NCBI RefSeq assembly: GCF_006345805.1
Contig: NC_043011.1
Span: 3,410,001-3,474,000, forward strand
DNA: 64,000 nucleotides
Origin: Octopus sinensis
Lineage: Eukaryota
Direction: 5' to 3'
The first letter of the stretch is position 1. Every line of letters starts with the position of its first letter. Position numbers and translations under genes: made by a program. Shown one piece after another: positions 48,561 through 60,869 of the stretch. The notes beneath the pieces are model-generated. The model saw only the letters and a list, made by a program, of their open reading frames with translations. It was not told where the DNA came from and did no database searches.

Positions 48561-50479
48561 ACATGCCTACATAACTGATCAGAAAATAAAACCTGTCAAC
48601 AAGGAATATGTATAATAATTATTTTCTTTAACCTTTATATATATTTTATAGATAATATATGTAAATAAATATAATATATAATCTATATATGTATAAAATA
48701 TTTTCTATATATTTTCATTTCAGTTCCTTTTGTTGTTGTTGTTGTTATTAATAATTTTACTCTTGTTATTATTATTGTTGATTTTTTTCAACATATTATA
48801 TCAGAAAATATAGTTTTGTTCAAACTATAAAACTCTATAGAAAACTATAAAACTATAGAAATATTTAGAGATAAAACAAAAAAGCAAAATGAAGGAAGCA
48901 AACCATGTAGGAAATAACAAAATATATTCATCTCCATTACCACGTTTATCTGTGACAAGATGATACGACAGAAATAACTTCTGTTAAGCTTTATTCTCTG
49001 AAATGAAAATGATGAAATGATCATAAAATTATATTAAGAGCTCCTAGCATACTTTATAAGTTTATGCAAATATATAATAAATAAGAGAGGTTACTGCCAT
49101 GTGTCATACTAAGGTGGAATATATAATCAATATATGCTTAACATGTGGCACAAATTTGGTAAAGTTCCAATTATTTATTGCATATATGTTACATTTTATT
49201 TCTGCTTGTTATAATTTAATATTATTTTTCCGTATAGTTGCAGGTAGTGGTTGTCTGTGCGTGTGTGTGTGTGAAGTAATACTGAGGATGATGATGATAA
49301 TGTTGGTGATGATAATGATCCCTACTATATTTGTATATATCTATATGCACATATAATACACATATATATGGTTTAGTGTTTTGAGAATTTTAACTGAAAC
49401 TTACTTGAGAAAATTTCCTTTCACAGATATGCTTTAACACACATATAGACACACAACATATGCACAGGCATACGTACATGATTAAAATGAAGCAAAGCTT
49501 AAGAATGAGAAATAGCATTATTTTATTGGATACAATTTTTGATAGAATATTTCATGTAAATCTTAAAATATACAAAATAATCATGTATGTGTGTGTGTAT
49601 GCATGTGTATGTATATTTACGTTATGTGAGGTGCAAGATCTGATAACTAAAAACTTGCTACTGGTAACCATGAAATCCTGTACAACCTATTGCTTGGTCA
49701 GGTCATTGGCAAGTATGCTGATAACCCCACTTGGCATACTTGGTTGAGGAGGGTAATTTTTAGACACTGTTCAGGAAGAAAGAGATCTCTCAAAGGGTAG
49801 ACGAACTCATGTGCTTGTATGTGTGTGTGTATACACACACACACACACACAGACATATATAAATACATAAAATTTTAATTTAATTTAAAATAAAATTTTA
49901 AATGAGCAGTAAATGGAGAAAAATTTTGATCAACAAACATCAATTAATAATTTTTTTAATACAAAACTTAACATTGCTTACGGCCATTTTGGCTACCAAT
50001 GTCAGTCAGTGCCTACAAAGAAAATACCGAAAATAATATTCGTCATCTTTATAACACTTTCAATCTTGTACGTGGAGCTTCATCAGAGTGAATACAAATA
50101 CATAAAATAAAAGGGAAGAGGGAAGAGGAAAGAACAGGACCTTGAGATGAGGCAAGAAGGCTCAATATATTAGAATCATACCATTTTGCAGTGTGAAACT
50201 TGAAGTCGATGGGCAAAAGAGTAAACTAGCAAATAATCTAGAAATATAATTGGTGGGGTTTATCACTTTTTATAGGGGTACTAGGGTGTATAAATAATAG
50301 TAAAATAAAACTAGTGCTAAAGTAAAGCAGGAATCGTCAATATGTCTAGAAAAGGATAGTACTTGTGATTTTGTAAATAGAGCTAATTAATATTTATCCA
50401 AAAACAAACCCATAAAGTTTTTATAACAGTGTACTTACTGAAATGTTCTAGAGACCAACCACTTGTTGTCTGTAATGGA

Positions 50480-51700
50480 ACTGACTCTTGGCTTTGTTGA
50501 TTGTCATAGGGAAGCACAATTGCACTGGGAACTGGAGGCATTAGAATTGAAATGGCACATTTGAGTGAATAAGGGGCAAGTGTGGAATGTATGTGATCTC
50601 TCCTCGATAGGACGACTTGTCGTCGTAGTTATAATCAATCTTGTAGCATTGCATAGTTGTGGTGGGTCCAAATTCCTCAAGAGCATGATTGGTGCACCTT
50701 TCTTTAGGAACAACATTTGTGGTAGCAGTCCTGTGAGTTGTAGAGAGTTAAAAAATTCAACTGGATGCTCAACAGCATGTTCGTCGATGGTAGTATCAGT
50801 GGAGACAAACGTTGAAGCATCTCCAGGTAGTATGTGGAGGAGTTCGTGGTTTACTTTATCAACACTTTCATTCTGAGGTGCTAAAATAGCTCTCTCTGCG
50901 AACCATGCTATGTTTTTGAAGTTGTCTTGCAATATGGGAAATACATTTTCTTTAAGCTCAGCCAATGTAGACACCATGTGACCACATTGCAAAGACACCA
51001 TTTCCAAGTAGAAGTTGATGAAAGAATTCCCCAGCTTAGAATTGTAGAGATGAGCTCACATATTGTTGCTTAATGAAAGCTGACAAACAAACCTCCTCAA
51101 AGGTGAAGACTTTCAGACATACATAGATGTCATATTTGACGGAAATCTCCTGCGAGGACAACAGTTATGCCCCCACCCCAATAATAGCAGTATTGTTTCT
51201 AACACGGTGGCAAGCTGGAAGAAACGTTAGCACGCCGGGCGAAGTGCTTTGTGGTATTTCGCCCGTCTCTATGTTCTGAGTTCAAATTCCGCCGAGGTCG
51301 AATTTACCTTTCATTCTTTCGGGGTAGATAAATTAAGTACCAGTTGCACACTGGGGTCGACTTAATCCGTTTGTCTGTCCTTGTTTGTCCCCTCCATGTT
51401 TAGCCCCTTGTAGGCAATAAAGAAACAAGTATTGTTTCTAATATCCCTTAGTGACCTATATAGGGCTTCTAGTGGACCACGGTGTGCCAGCGTGCATTCA
51501 TCCCAGACAATAAGTGTAGTTTAGAGTAGAACTTCTGCCGTCGGTGGTCCTTTTGAAATATTACACTTTTGGGTATCACTGAAGTGAGTTTTCTTGAGCA
51601 CAAATAGAAGCAATTTTCTTTGCGCCCCTTTTTTTGTGCAGATAAATGAGAATGTCTTCATTTTGGAGGCATGGCTGAAAAGAGTGAACAATTAAGGAAC
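50480..51700 (-). mobile_element. Internally deleted Helitron, Pif1-like helicase pseudogene, interrupted by SINE B
   Basis: LIVWDECTLAHRGPLEAL (about 51470-51525), ITVVLAGDFRQ (about 51135-51170) and ILAPQN..GAPIMLLRNLDPPQLCNATRL (ORF 50504-51007). Confidence 0.88.
51203..51427 (+). mobile_element. SINE family B with 14-bp TSD
   Basis: TSD AGTATTGTTTCTAA at 51189-51202 and 51428-51441. Confidence 0.92.
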
Positions 51701-54129
51701 ATATAAGATGGAAGACATAGCAATTTGAAGTTGTGCATTGCATAATTTGATTTTTTTAGTAACGAATGAAAAGATGTGGAAAAATTCATATGTCAATTTG
51801 TATACTATTATTATGAGAAGCAGTAAACTGTGAATGAGTTGGCTATGCTCTGTCTTGATAAGCATAATGCATTCAGTTAGCTGATATATAGTGGAGTGGA
51901 TTACTGGCATAATAGAAGTTATTGTTTGTTCAGAATTAAAGAGGCAGGGTGTGAAATTTGCATGAATGATTTATGTTCTTAAGAAGGATCACAAACTATG
52001 TACAGTTTCATGGAATAAAAAGAGGTTAATACGATTTTGCCTGGAAATCATATCTTCAAAATTATAATTCCCTGCTCCCCGCAGAAAATTCCTAACTTTT
52101 AACTGTTTTTTGAATTTTGTTTTTATGCACGTGGTAAAATATAGAGATTACAAATATGGGAAATATAATTTGTTTTTTGAAAATTTAATTTTTCTGAAAG
52201 TAATTTTGAATGCCCCTTCTCCCACCTTGGTGACCCTTCAGCTACCTGCTTTGGGGCGAAATGCAAATCTCCTGTATGGAAAACATAGGAATGTGAGCAA
52301 ATTGAGGAAAGAAATAAATTGTGGTGGGGTAAGCAAATGTCATCTCGGACATGCTAGAAACAACAGGTAAAGGACAAGATTTCTGAGATAACTTTCTTGT
52401 AAGTTTAAATGGAAGATCAGGTTTTGAAATACACTCATCACATACAAGAATGACTAAACTGGGAAAGGTAATTCCCATAGGATTTGAGCTGTAATTTAGC
52501 ACACAGCAAAAAAATAACATAATTCATACAGAACTCTGTGTGTGTGTGTGTGTGTGTGCACCAAATGAAGTTATTTTTGCATACCTTTCTAATTCCAAAA
52601 GAAAGAAATGTAGTGAAGTTGTAATATGTTAATAGCATAAGGTCTCCGTACATTTCTATGAGAAATGGAAACAGAAAGAGAATGCCTAATTCTACACACG
52701 TATGAAACATGGGACGAAAGTGAAAATGACTTTAAAATTGTATGACATGCCCTCATTTCCGAGGTTCTTGGTGTCCCCTTCTCTCCCATTTTGCCCCTCT
52801 GTGCTGGCTTTCTTTCACCTTCACCCATAAAACATACAGAGTTAATTTTGTGCTGGCTGCTTTTCACTTTCAACTACAGAACATACATAGGGTATGAAGC
52901 ATCAGCGTCCGTCTCTCACCCGCTACCCGTCTTTCAAATTCTATAGAAACTTGTTTACTATCTTATTTTCTTTCTCTTGTCTCTCTGTCTTTTTCTCATT
53001 CCATGTTTTAGTTAGTAGAAATTAATTCCTTTATGCTTTAAAGAGAGAAGAAATTGAAAGAAAAGAGAAAGCGAAAAGGGAAGAGAGAGCAGAAAGTGAA
53101 GGAAATGAGAAAATGAAAGATGTATGTATGGGTATATGAAATGGATGTGTGTGTATGTGTGCACGAGAGAGAGAGAGAGAGAGAAGAGAGAGAGAGGAGA
53201 GATAGTGAGTGAGTGAAAGTGTGTCATGAAGATAGATGTCTTTAAAGGTACACACTCGTATAGAAAATGTAATGCCATCATCGTCGCCGTCATCGTATAA
53301 AATGTTTACGATAGTTGACTTATGGAAAAGATTTTAATTTTAAATTTTTGTAATGCAAATATGTCAATGAAAATAAAGTTTAGTTAGTAGCGGAAATAGT
53401 ACAGAATCGTTTGATACTCCATACGTCAAAATCAGCAACTTGGTTTTGGAATGCATAAGGAACATTTGCGCACACACACACACACACATACAAACTCTCT
53501 TTTATAGATATAGATAAGAAGCAGCTGACGGTGGATGTGTATATGTGTATGTTTGATATATTTGTCATCAGGGAAACTTTTATATCTTGTGACCCCTTTA
53601 TTTTAAGTTGTCCCCCATTCTAATATGGCTGAACTTCTTAAAGGTTCTTGTTTTTTTTTATTTATAATGGCTTTTTTGTTATATCATGCGATACATTGAC
53701 ACTGCATGATTGTCTTTTAGTGAGATTCTAATTATTGCAAGGGTTGATTCTCAGTTAAGGGTTTCTAGTTTAAGGAGGTTTTGTTGCATACATACTAAAA
53801 ACATGATTCTTATTAATGTTTGTTTCTGGTGGTTTAAATAGGAATATTCAAAGGTATGTTGAAAATTAAAATATATTCCATAATAAAAGTGGAAATAATA
53901 CTCAAGCAGCACCTAGTAAACAAAATGATGACAGAAAGCCAATAAGAGAAATTTCTTAGAAAAAGGTTGGAAATCCTGTCAAATGATATTTTGAAGATAA
54001 GACAATTCTAGTTAAGCAAAAATAATAAGGTAAGAAAACCACAAGCTGAGTATTCCAAAAATTATATTTTATTCAGAGAAACAAAAGATTATCGCTATTA
54101 AATTCCAGCAAATTTTCTTTGACCACAGT

Positions 54130-54197
54130 TTCCAAACAAATGGACACTTATCTTTCGGTATGTTGTCAAGTGGTGGTGGGGGACAAACATATATACA

Positions 54198-54235
<38 letters not shown>

Positions 54236-54340
54236 GCAGGCTTCTTTCCGTTTCTGCTTACCAAATCCACTTACAAGGCTTTGATCAGCCCAAGGATATT
54301 GTAGAAGACACTTGGAAGCAAATCTCTTACCACACAGCAC
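54130..54340 (-). mobile_element. SINE family A, deleted and diverged
   Basis: GGGGGACAAAC..GGCTTCTTTC..CTTACCACACAGC. Confidence 0.7.
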
Positions 54341-55246
54341 CTATCCAAGTTTCATAAATAAGTTCTAACCACAAAGATTAGTACAGGACTTTAACTATAA
54401 AAGTTTGAAAAATATATTCAGTAAGAGAAAGGTATGTGTACAAAATTCATCAAATGTACAATGATTTACACAAACAGAAACTATATTCGTTACATGTATA
54501 TCAAGTTTGGTAAAAGTCATGCCAAAAATACTTCTGCTAGAAATAGTAGTAAAAAATGAAATATTCTCTTAAGAACTGTGTCCAATAAAATAATTGAATT
54601 TTTCTTTCTGGATTTTGTTCATGCATTGTATTTTTGTAAATGTATGTATATCCGTGGGCTTGTGGAGTGTACATGTTTGTGTGTTAAAGTATGTTGCTGA
54701 ATGATAATTTGCCCAAGTTAGCTTTTGTTTTATTTCTCATCATACACAACTGCACATGTGTGCATGTGTGTGTGCGTGTGTGTGTGCATGTGTGTGTTTT
54801 GTGTGCATGTGTCTGTGTGTGTACATATATGTATGTAGTACACCTCAAATAAACATAACATATAATACAAGGAACAAAACAGAAAAATACGGGAATGTCC
54901 AGCAAAGATATTTTGTTTGCTACCACAGTCAATACTTTCATATTTTGTTGGAAAATAAAAGATCAAAGTCCTTGAAAAAATCACAGAAAAAATTTACAAC
55001 TCGCTGTTGCTTCCTTTTGTTAGAAGGAACTTTTAGCTAAGCAAATTGCTGGAGTTGAAATTCAAACTAAATAGGAATTGAGAAAAAATGTTTGGGAGTA
55101 GTCTCCATGGACGTATGATAGGTGTGTCATTTTGACCAGTTAAATCTAACAGCATAATACTTGTAGATTTCTTTCAAAAGGTTTTAGAGTAAGTATAGCA
55201 GATGAGCTTGTACTAAATTGCTGTTCTGACACAAGTGTAAATTCAA

Positions 55247-55716
55247 TACTCTTTTTACTCTTTCACTTGTTTCAGTCATTTAACTGCAGCCATGCTGGAG
55301 CACCACCTTTAATCGAGCAACTCGACCCCGGGACTTATTCTTTTGTAAGCCCAGTACTTATTCTATCAGTCTCTTTTGCCAAACTGCTAGGTAACAGGGA
55401 CATAAACACACCAGCATCGGTTGATTTGGTTTGAGAAAGAAGTGTTAGTTCATGCAATCCCTGGATTATCTTCTGTTAGTCAGAGAACTTTGAGTTCACT
55501 TGGTGGAAGCTTATAAACCCAGACACACAAACACACACACGCATATATATACATACGATGGGCTTCTTTCAGTTTCCGTCTATCAAATCCACTCACAAGG
55601 CTTTGGTCGGCCTGAGGCTATAGTAGAAGACTCTTGCCCAAGGTGCCACGTAGTGGGACTGAACCCGGAACCATGTGGTTGGTAAACAAGCTACTTACCA
55701 CACAGCCACTCCTGCG
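55247..55716 (-). mobile_element. SINE family A with a 95-bp insertion copied from the flank
   Basis: 55422-55516 matches 55787-55881 with one mismatch and replaces the central CAAGCGATGCTAGGGGG segment. Confidence 0.9.
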
Positions 55717-56154
55717 CTTCAATGTTTATGAAAATGAAGCAACAAAGATGAGCTGCAAAGACATTTTTATAAGGATACTGGGGATGTGATTTGGTTTGAG
55801 AAAGAAGTGTTAGTTCATGCAATCCCTGGATTATCTTCTGTTAGTCTGAGAACTTTGAGTTCACTTGGTGGAAGCTTATAAGGCTATGTCCATGTCTAGG
55901 TCACACTAGTTTGCACATGTTTGCTTATTGACTGCAACTGGTTGTTGGACAGAAAAGTAAAACTAACAAAATGGTTATTATCTGAACAAAATAAACATTT
56001 TGGCAGCAAAACAGGAAAATTAGTGACAAGGCTACTTTTAGTTGACAAAACACTATGATCACTTGGTCTCTACTATATTCTTCTAAGAAGAAATATATAT
56101 GAGCTGGGGCAAAGTGACTTCATTGCGAGCAAACAGCATCTGACTCTAATATAC

Positions 56155-56218
<64 letters not shown>

Positions 56219-56313
56219 TATATTTATATATATATGAATGTATATGTATGTTTGTATGTATCGTTTGTAGAACCATAAATCCGAAGAAACACACTCTAAG
56301 ATGTAGAGCAGTA

Positions 56314-56517
56314 TATATTAAAAATGAGGAAGGCTGGTTTATGGGATTGCCCTGGATTTCCCATTCATAAAGGGTTTAGCTTTCTGGCATATCATCACAC
56401 TCCAAAACCTGTTGGCCAACAGGTTTTCAAGGCTGATGATATTCCATAAAGCTAAAGCGTTTATGGATGGGAAACCCAGGGAAAATCCCATAAACTGGCC
56501 TTCTCCATTTTTAATAT
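56314..56517. repeat. Older loopless palindrome, arms about 100 bp
   Basis: Perfect 24-bp core AAAACCTGTTGG|CCAACAGGTTTT; outer arms diverged but alignable. Confidence 0.85.
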
Positions 56518-56830
56518 GTGTGTGTGTGTAGAAGGTTTAAAAGTAACACATGAGTTGATATGTTTAAGGAAAATAAGACAATGTAGAAAATGCTAAAATA
56601 ATTTTATCATGAAATACATTTTGTAATGGTTTGTGCTGGTTTTGTCTTTTCGTCTTTTTTAACTAAGAGTAAAACAAAGGTGGATATTAATTAAGAAGAA
56701 AAACAATTAAACTGAAGAAAAATTAAATGAAATGTTTTGTAAATATTTCCATAGTCTTCAAATACGTAGGGCAAATATGTAGGACTTTTAGGTCTCTTGA
56801 CCATTAAAGCAGATTCCAGAGACCCTCCTG

Positions 56831-57170
56831 TCTTCTTCTTCTTCTTCTTCTTCTTTTTTTCATTTTCTTCTTCTTCTTCTTCTTCTTCTTCTTCTTCTTC
56901 TTCTTCTTCTTCTTCTTTTTTTCATTTTCTTCTTCTTCTTCTTCTTCTTCTTCTTCTTCTTCTTCTTCTTCTTCTTCCTCCTTCTTCTGCTTCCTCCTCT
57001 TCCTCCTTCTTCTTCTTCTTCTTCTTTTCTTCTTCTTCTTCTCCTTCTTCTTCTTCCTCTCCCCCCTCCTTCTTCTTCTTCTTTTCTTCCTTTTCTTCTT
57101 CTTCTTCTTCTTCTTCTTCTTCTTCTTCTTCTTCTTCTTCTTCTTCTTCTTCTCTTTCTCCTTTCTCAGC
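56831..57170. repeat. Imperfect (CTT)n array
   Basis: About 340 bp of pyrimidine-only + strand with rare interruptions. Confidence 0.95.
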
Positions 57171-57762
57171 TGCTGCTCCTGCTTAAACCATCAAACTTCA
57201 GAACCAAATATTTCTCAATATTTATTCTCACCAATTTTGGAATTGTTCACCATTTCTGAGAGGGTCTTAAACCTAATTTTTTTTGCAAACTGTTCATATG
57301 GGTTAATGTTTTTATGTAACTAGATTACCAAGCAGTCAAAGAGTTGATTTAGAACTTCTATTTGAAATTAGCCTGTTCCATCTAAAAATTTCTTTGTGAC
57401 AATGCATTTGGAAGATCAGAATAACATGAGATGCTATCATCATACAAATATTTTGTGTCTTTTTCATAGTGCGCTGTGCTGTTGCCTCAATTTTCTTATT
57501 GTCCATTAATAAGCAAAAATAAGACAGTATCTGAAGATAACCTTTAAATATGTCAAAACCTCTTACTTGAAATTCTTTTTTTTGTTTTGTTGAAATGTTG
57601 CAAGATTTCTTCCCAAATGGTTGCAAATATTGTACATTCCAGCTTTACCAGTTTGTCATATAAATTCTTTGCATTATTCAAGTTTCTCATCTGAATCTTC
57701 AAATATATGATTGATGGTATTCATTTTCAATTTACCTGGCTGTTTCATAGTGTGTTTCAGTA

Positions 57763-58085
57763 TCTTCTTCTTCTTCTTCTTCTTCTCTTCTTCTTCTTCT
57801 TCTTCTTCTTCTTCTTCTTCTTCTTCTCCTTCTTCTGCTTCCTCCTCCTCCTCCTTCTTCTTTTTCTTCTTCTTTTTCTTCTTCTTCTCCTTCATCTTCT
57901 TCCTCTCCTCCTCCTTCTTCTTCTTCTCCTTCATCTTCTTCCTCTCCTCCTCCTTCTTCTTCTTCTCCTTCTTCTTCTTCCTCTCCTCCCCCTCGTCCTT
58001 CTTCTTTTCTTCCTTTTCTTCTTCTTCTTCTTCTTCTCTTCTTCTTCTTCTTCTTCTTCTTCTTCTTCTTCTTCTTCTTTTTCTT
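57763..58085. repeat. Imperfect (CTT)n array inside the hAT relic
   Basis: Direct observation. Confidence 0.95.
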
Positions 58086-58559
58086 CTCTTTGTTACACTT
58101 AAGCTATTCAAAGCGAAATCTAAATTGCCCTATGTGTTTAAAATTCTTCATCTTCATTGATATCTAGAAAAGAAAACCTACAGCACTTGCAAAATGCCAA
58201 AATATTCAATAACTTCGGTGTCTAATAGGCATTGCCTTTCTCCAACAAGGTTTCAGTGTATGAGCTACACATTGCCCATGATCTACTAACATGTTAATGG
58301 TTTTAAAGCGTGCTTGTATTACTTTCTCTAAGCCCTTCATGTCATGCATTTTCATAGGACTGACCATGGATTTTTTTTATGTGAAAGCTTATCTTCCCTC
58401 AGCACCTTTATTTTGTGGGTCAAGGTCCTGTATGAATGGTTTTCTATCAGTAAAAGCATTAAAAATCTCTCATGGGATTTTTGCATCAGTCCTCTCCCCT
58501 TCCACTCCCATGTTCATTTGCACATTTTTTTTCTTATTCATTTGCTTAATGAGTTCAAT

Positions 58560-58705
58560 AAAGGCAACTGGTTTCAAATTTTGGCACAAAGCCACCGACT
58601 TCAGGGGAGGGGTAATTCGATTACATCGACCCCAGTGCACAACTGGTACTTATTTTATTGACTCGAATAGGATGAAAGGCAAAGTTGACTTTGGCAGATT
58701 TTGAA
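58560..58705 (-). mobile_element. SINE family B, diverged
   Basis: CGACCCCAGTGCACAACTGGTAC..GGATGAAAGGCAAAGTTGAC is the reverse complement of the family B core. Confidence 0.8.
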
Positions 58706-60698
58706 CTCCAAACAGATGGATGGACAAAATGCCACAAAGCATTCCACCCAGTGTCTTAATATCATGCTACAATTACCAGCTGGAAGTTATAGTAATTGTT
58801 TAGTATTTGGTGTCTTTGTTGCTAATTCCTCATTCAAAAATTGCCTGAACTCTGCAGTAAGTTCAGTAGCTCCCATAAAGTTTCCACTGTTCATTATTCA
58901 TCTCAACACAATATTGCTCTCTTATGTTCCATACTATCTTCATAATTCACTAGAATTTTAAGTATATTCATCCAGTCAAGAAAACCAATGTGTTATAAAT
59001 GATCCAGGCATTCAGAAAATGATTAAATAAACAAAACAATATTTACAGTATTCACTCTTTGAGTATGCTAAGATCTGATCACCCACTGGCCATTTTGCAA
59101 TCTGTTTTTTCAAAATATTTGTTTGACATATGTCTGTTTGCTCCCTGTAAACCCTAACTGCTTTCATATATGCATCAGCTTTACTTTTTATTTAGAAAAA
59201 ACTTTGTCATACATTAGCCAATTCTGTATGAAATAATTATCAACTGTTGAGGGTCAGTTTGAAATCCCTGAATTTGTTTCTTGAACGATACTCTGTCCTG
59301 TCTTAACTTATTCTGTGGTACTTTCATGTTCACTATGACTATTTGTAGTAAAAATGTCAACAGTAGGTTGAAAATAATCCAAAAACATCCCAGTTTGTGT
59401 GTTATCACTAGTATCATTAGGATTTTTTCTCAGCTGTAGATGTTGACAAACTTAACATTGTAAAATAGTTTGACCTTTCGATATTTAGAAATTTCATCTT
59501 ACTGTTATTTTCCTTTAATTTGTGTTTTTGGTATCTATGTAAGCACTTCCATGAACTCATTGTTATTCCTCTTGTATTAAGAATAGGTAAAATTTCCTTA
59601 ATCACAGTAGGACAGGCCTTGATTGTGGTAGGTAGATATGAGTGAAGCACTTGCAAGATACTTTTATTCAAGTTTTCAAGTCAAGGATCAGGTTGAAATA
59701 TGATGAAACAGAAATTGTCATTGATGAAATAAAAGCATTAAAGGAAATATTTCTTAAACTATTCCCACAAAGCTAATTATGTTATAGTTAATGGTTTGTG
59801 AAAGTTGTTTAGTGCAAACTGTTTAAATAAAAAATTAAATACAATATTACAGTGTTATTTTAATTTCTTCCATAAGATTTTTCAATTACCACAAAAAAAT
59901 TTTGTGTATGCAGTTTAACTCTTGACAATTAATATTCACTGAAAACAATGTAAGTATAAACTTGGAATGGTAGTTTAGTTCATTGTCATAAAAATGATTG
60001 AGTATTCATGATGATATTAATATTCTAAATTATTCGTCAGGGTATATTCTAACCTCAAAGATTGAAGTTACTCTGTTGCTAATTCTAAATGATAACTGAG
60101 AAAACTAAGAACTCAAGCTAGTTGTAATTCTCTGGAACACTTAAATAAATTTAAATTTTCGAAATGTTTTATAGTATTCAATATCTCTTATTAGCATTGT
60201 GAACAGGACTATTGTTAGGTTTTTATACTGGAGAGTAATCTCTTAGATTTTTTAGCTTCATATTAATTCATAACAATTCTGAGACAGAGTTTCAGAATAA
60301 GCAAGCAATCATGATTATTTTAAACAATTTCCTTGATTTAAATACATCAGTATTTTATAATAACAGTCTTCATTATTAACAATTGACAGACCTTTTATAG
60401 AGGAACAAAATAAAAAGTAAACATTTCAAAATTCGAAACAGGAAAATATTTTAATATGAATTAAATACAGTAAATTTTTAACGCAAAGAAAATAAAATTT
60501 AAGTTAAGCAAAATAGACTTAAAAAAAACAAAATATATTCAGTAAATTTTTTGATAGACTTGATCTCAGCTGAAAAACGATGTCTGGCAAATTTGTAAAA
60601 AATGAAGAATTTCTCATTTTTCATATAAATTGTTAAGTCATTAGTAATATTAATGTTGAAGAATTTGAGCAATGAGTGTGGTATAATGTATGTATGAA

Positions 60699-60860
60699 GG
60701 CGGTGAGCTGGCAGAATCATTACCATACTAACGAAAATACTTAGTGGCATTCTGCCTGTCTCTACATTCTGAGTTCAAATTCCACCAAGGTGAACTTTGC
60801 TTTTCATCCATTCAGGTTCAATAAAATAAGTACTAGTTGATCACTGGGGTTAATGTAATT
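60699..60860 (+). mobile_element. SINE family B, diverged and 3'-clipped
   Basis: GAGCTGGCAGAATC head and TTCAAATTCCACCAAGGTGAACTTTGC core. Confidence 0.8.
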
Positions 60861-60869
60861 TCTATTTAG

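Larger units (their letters stand above)
57190..58960 (-). pseudogene. hAT transposase relic interrupted by (GAA)n and SINE B
   Basis: Minus-strand pieces NSGNFMGATELTAEF (about 58850-58895), ERFL, GQSYENA (about 58350), C.AH.L.LVGE (about 58250), and NLYDKLVKL..IWEEILQHFNK (about 57590-57670), in hAT order. Confidence 0.72.

Noticed and set aside
57674-58160. Poly-E/K/R and poly-F/S/L ORFs
   Set aside because: Translations of the (CTT)n array; likewise 56797-57186.
59214-59671. Protein-like minus-strand stretches upstream of the hAT relic
   Set aside because: Frames are interrupted and no motif is recognisable; may be transposase N-terminus but unsupported.
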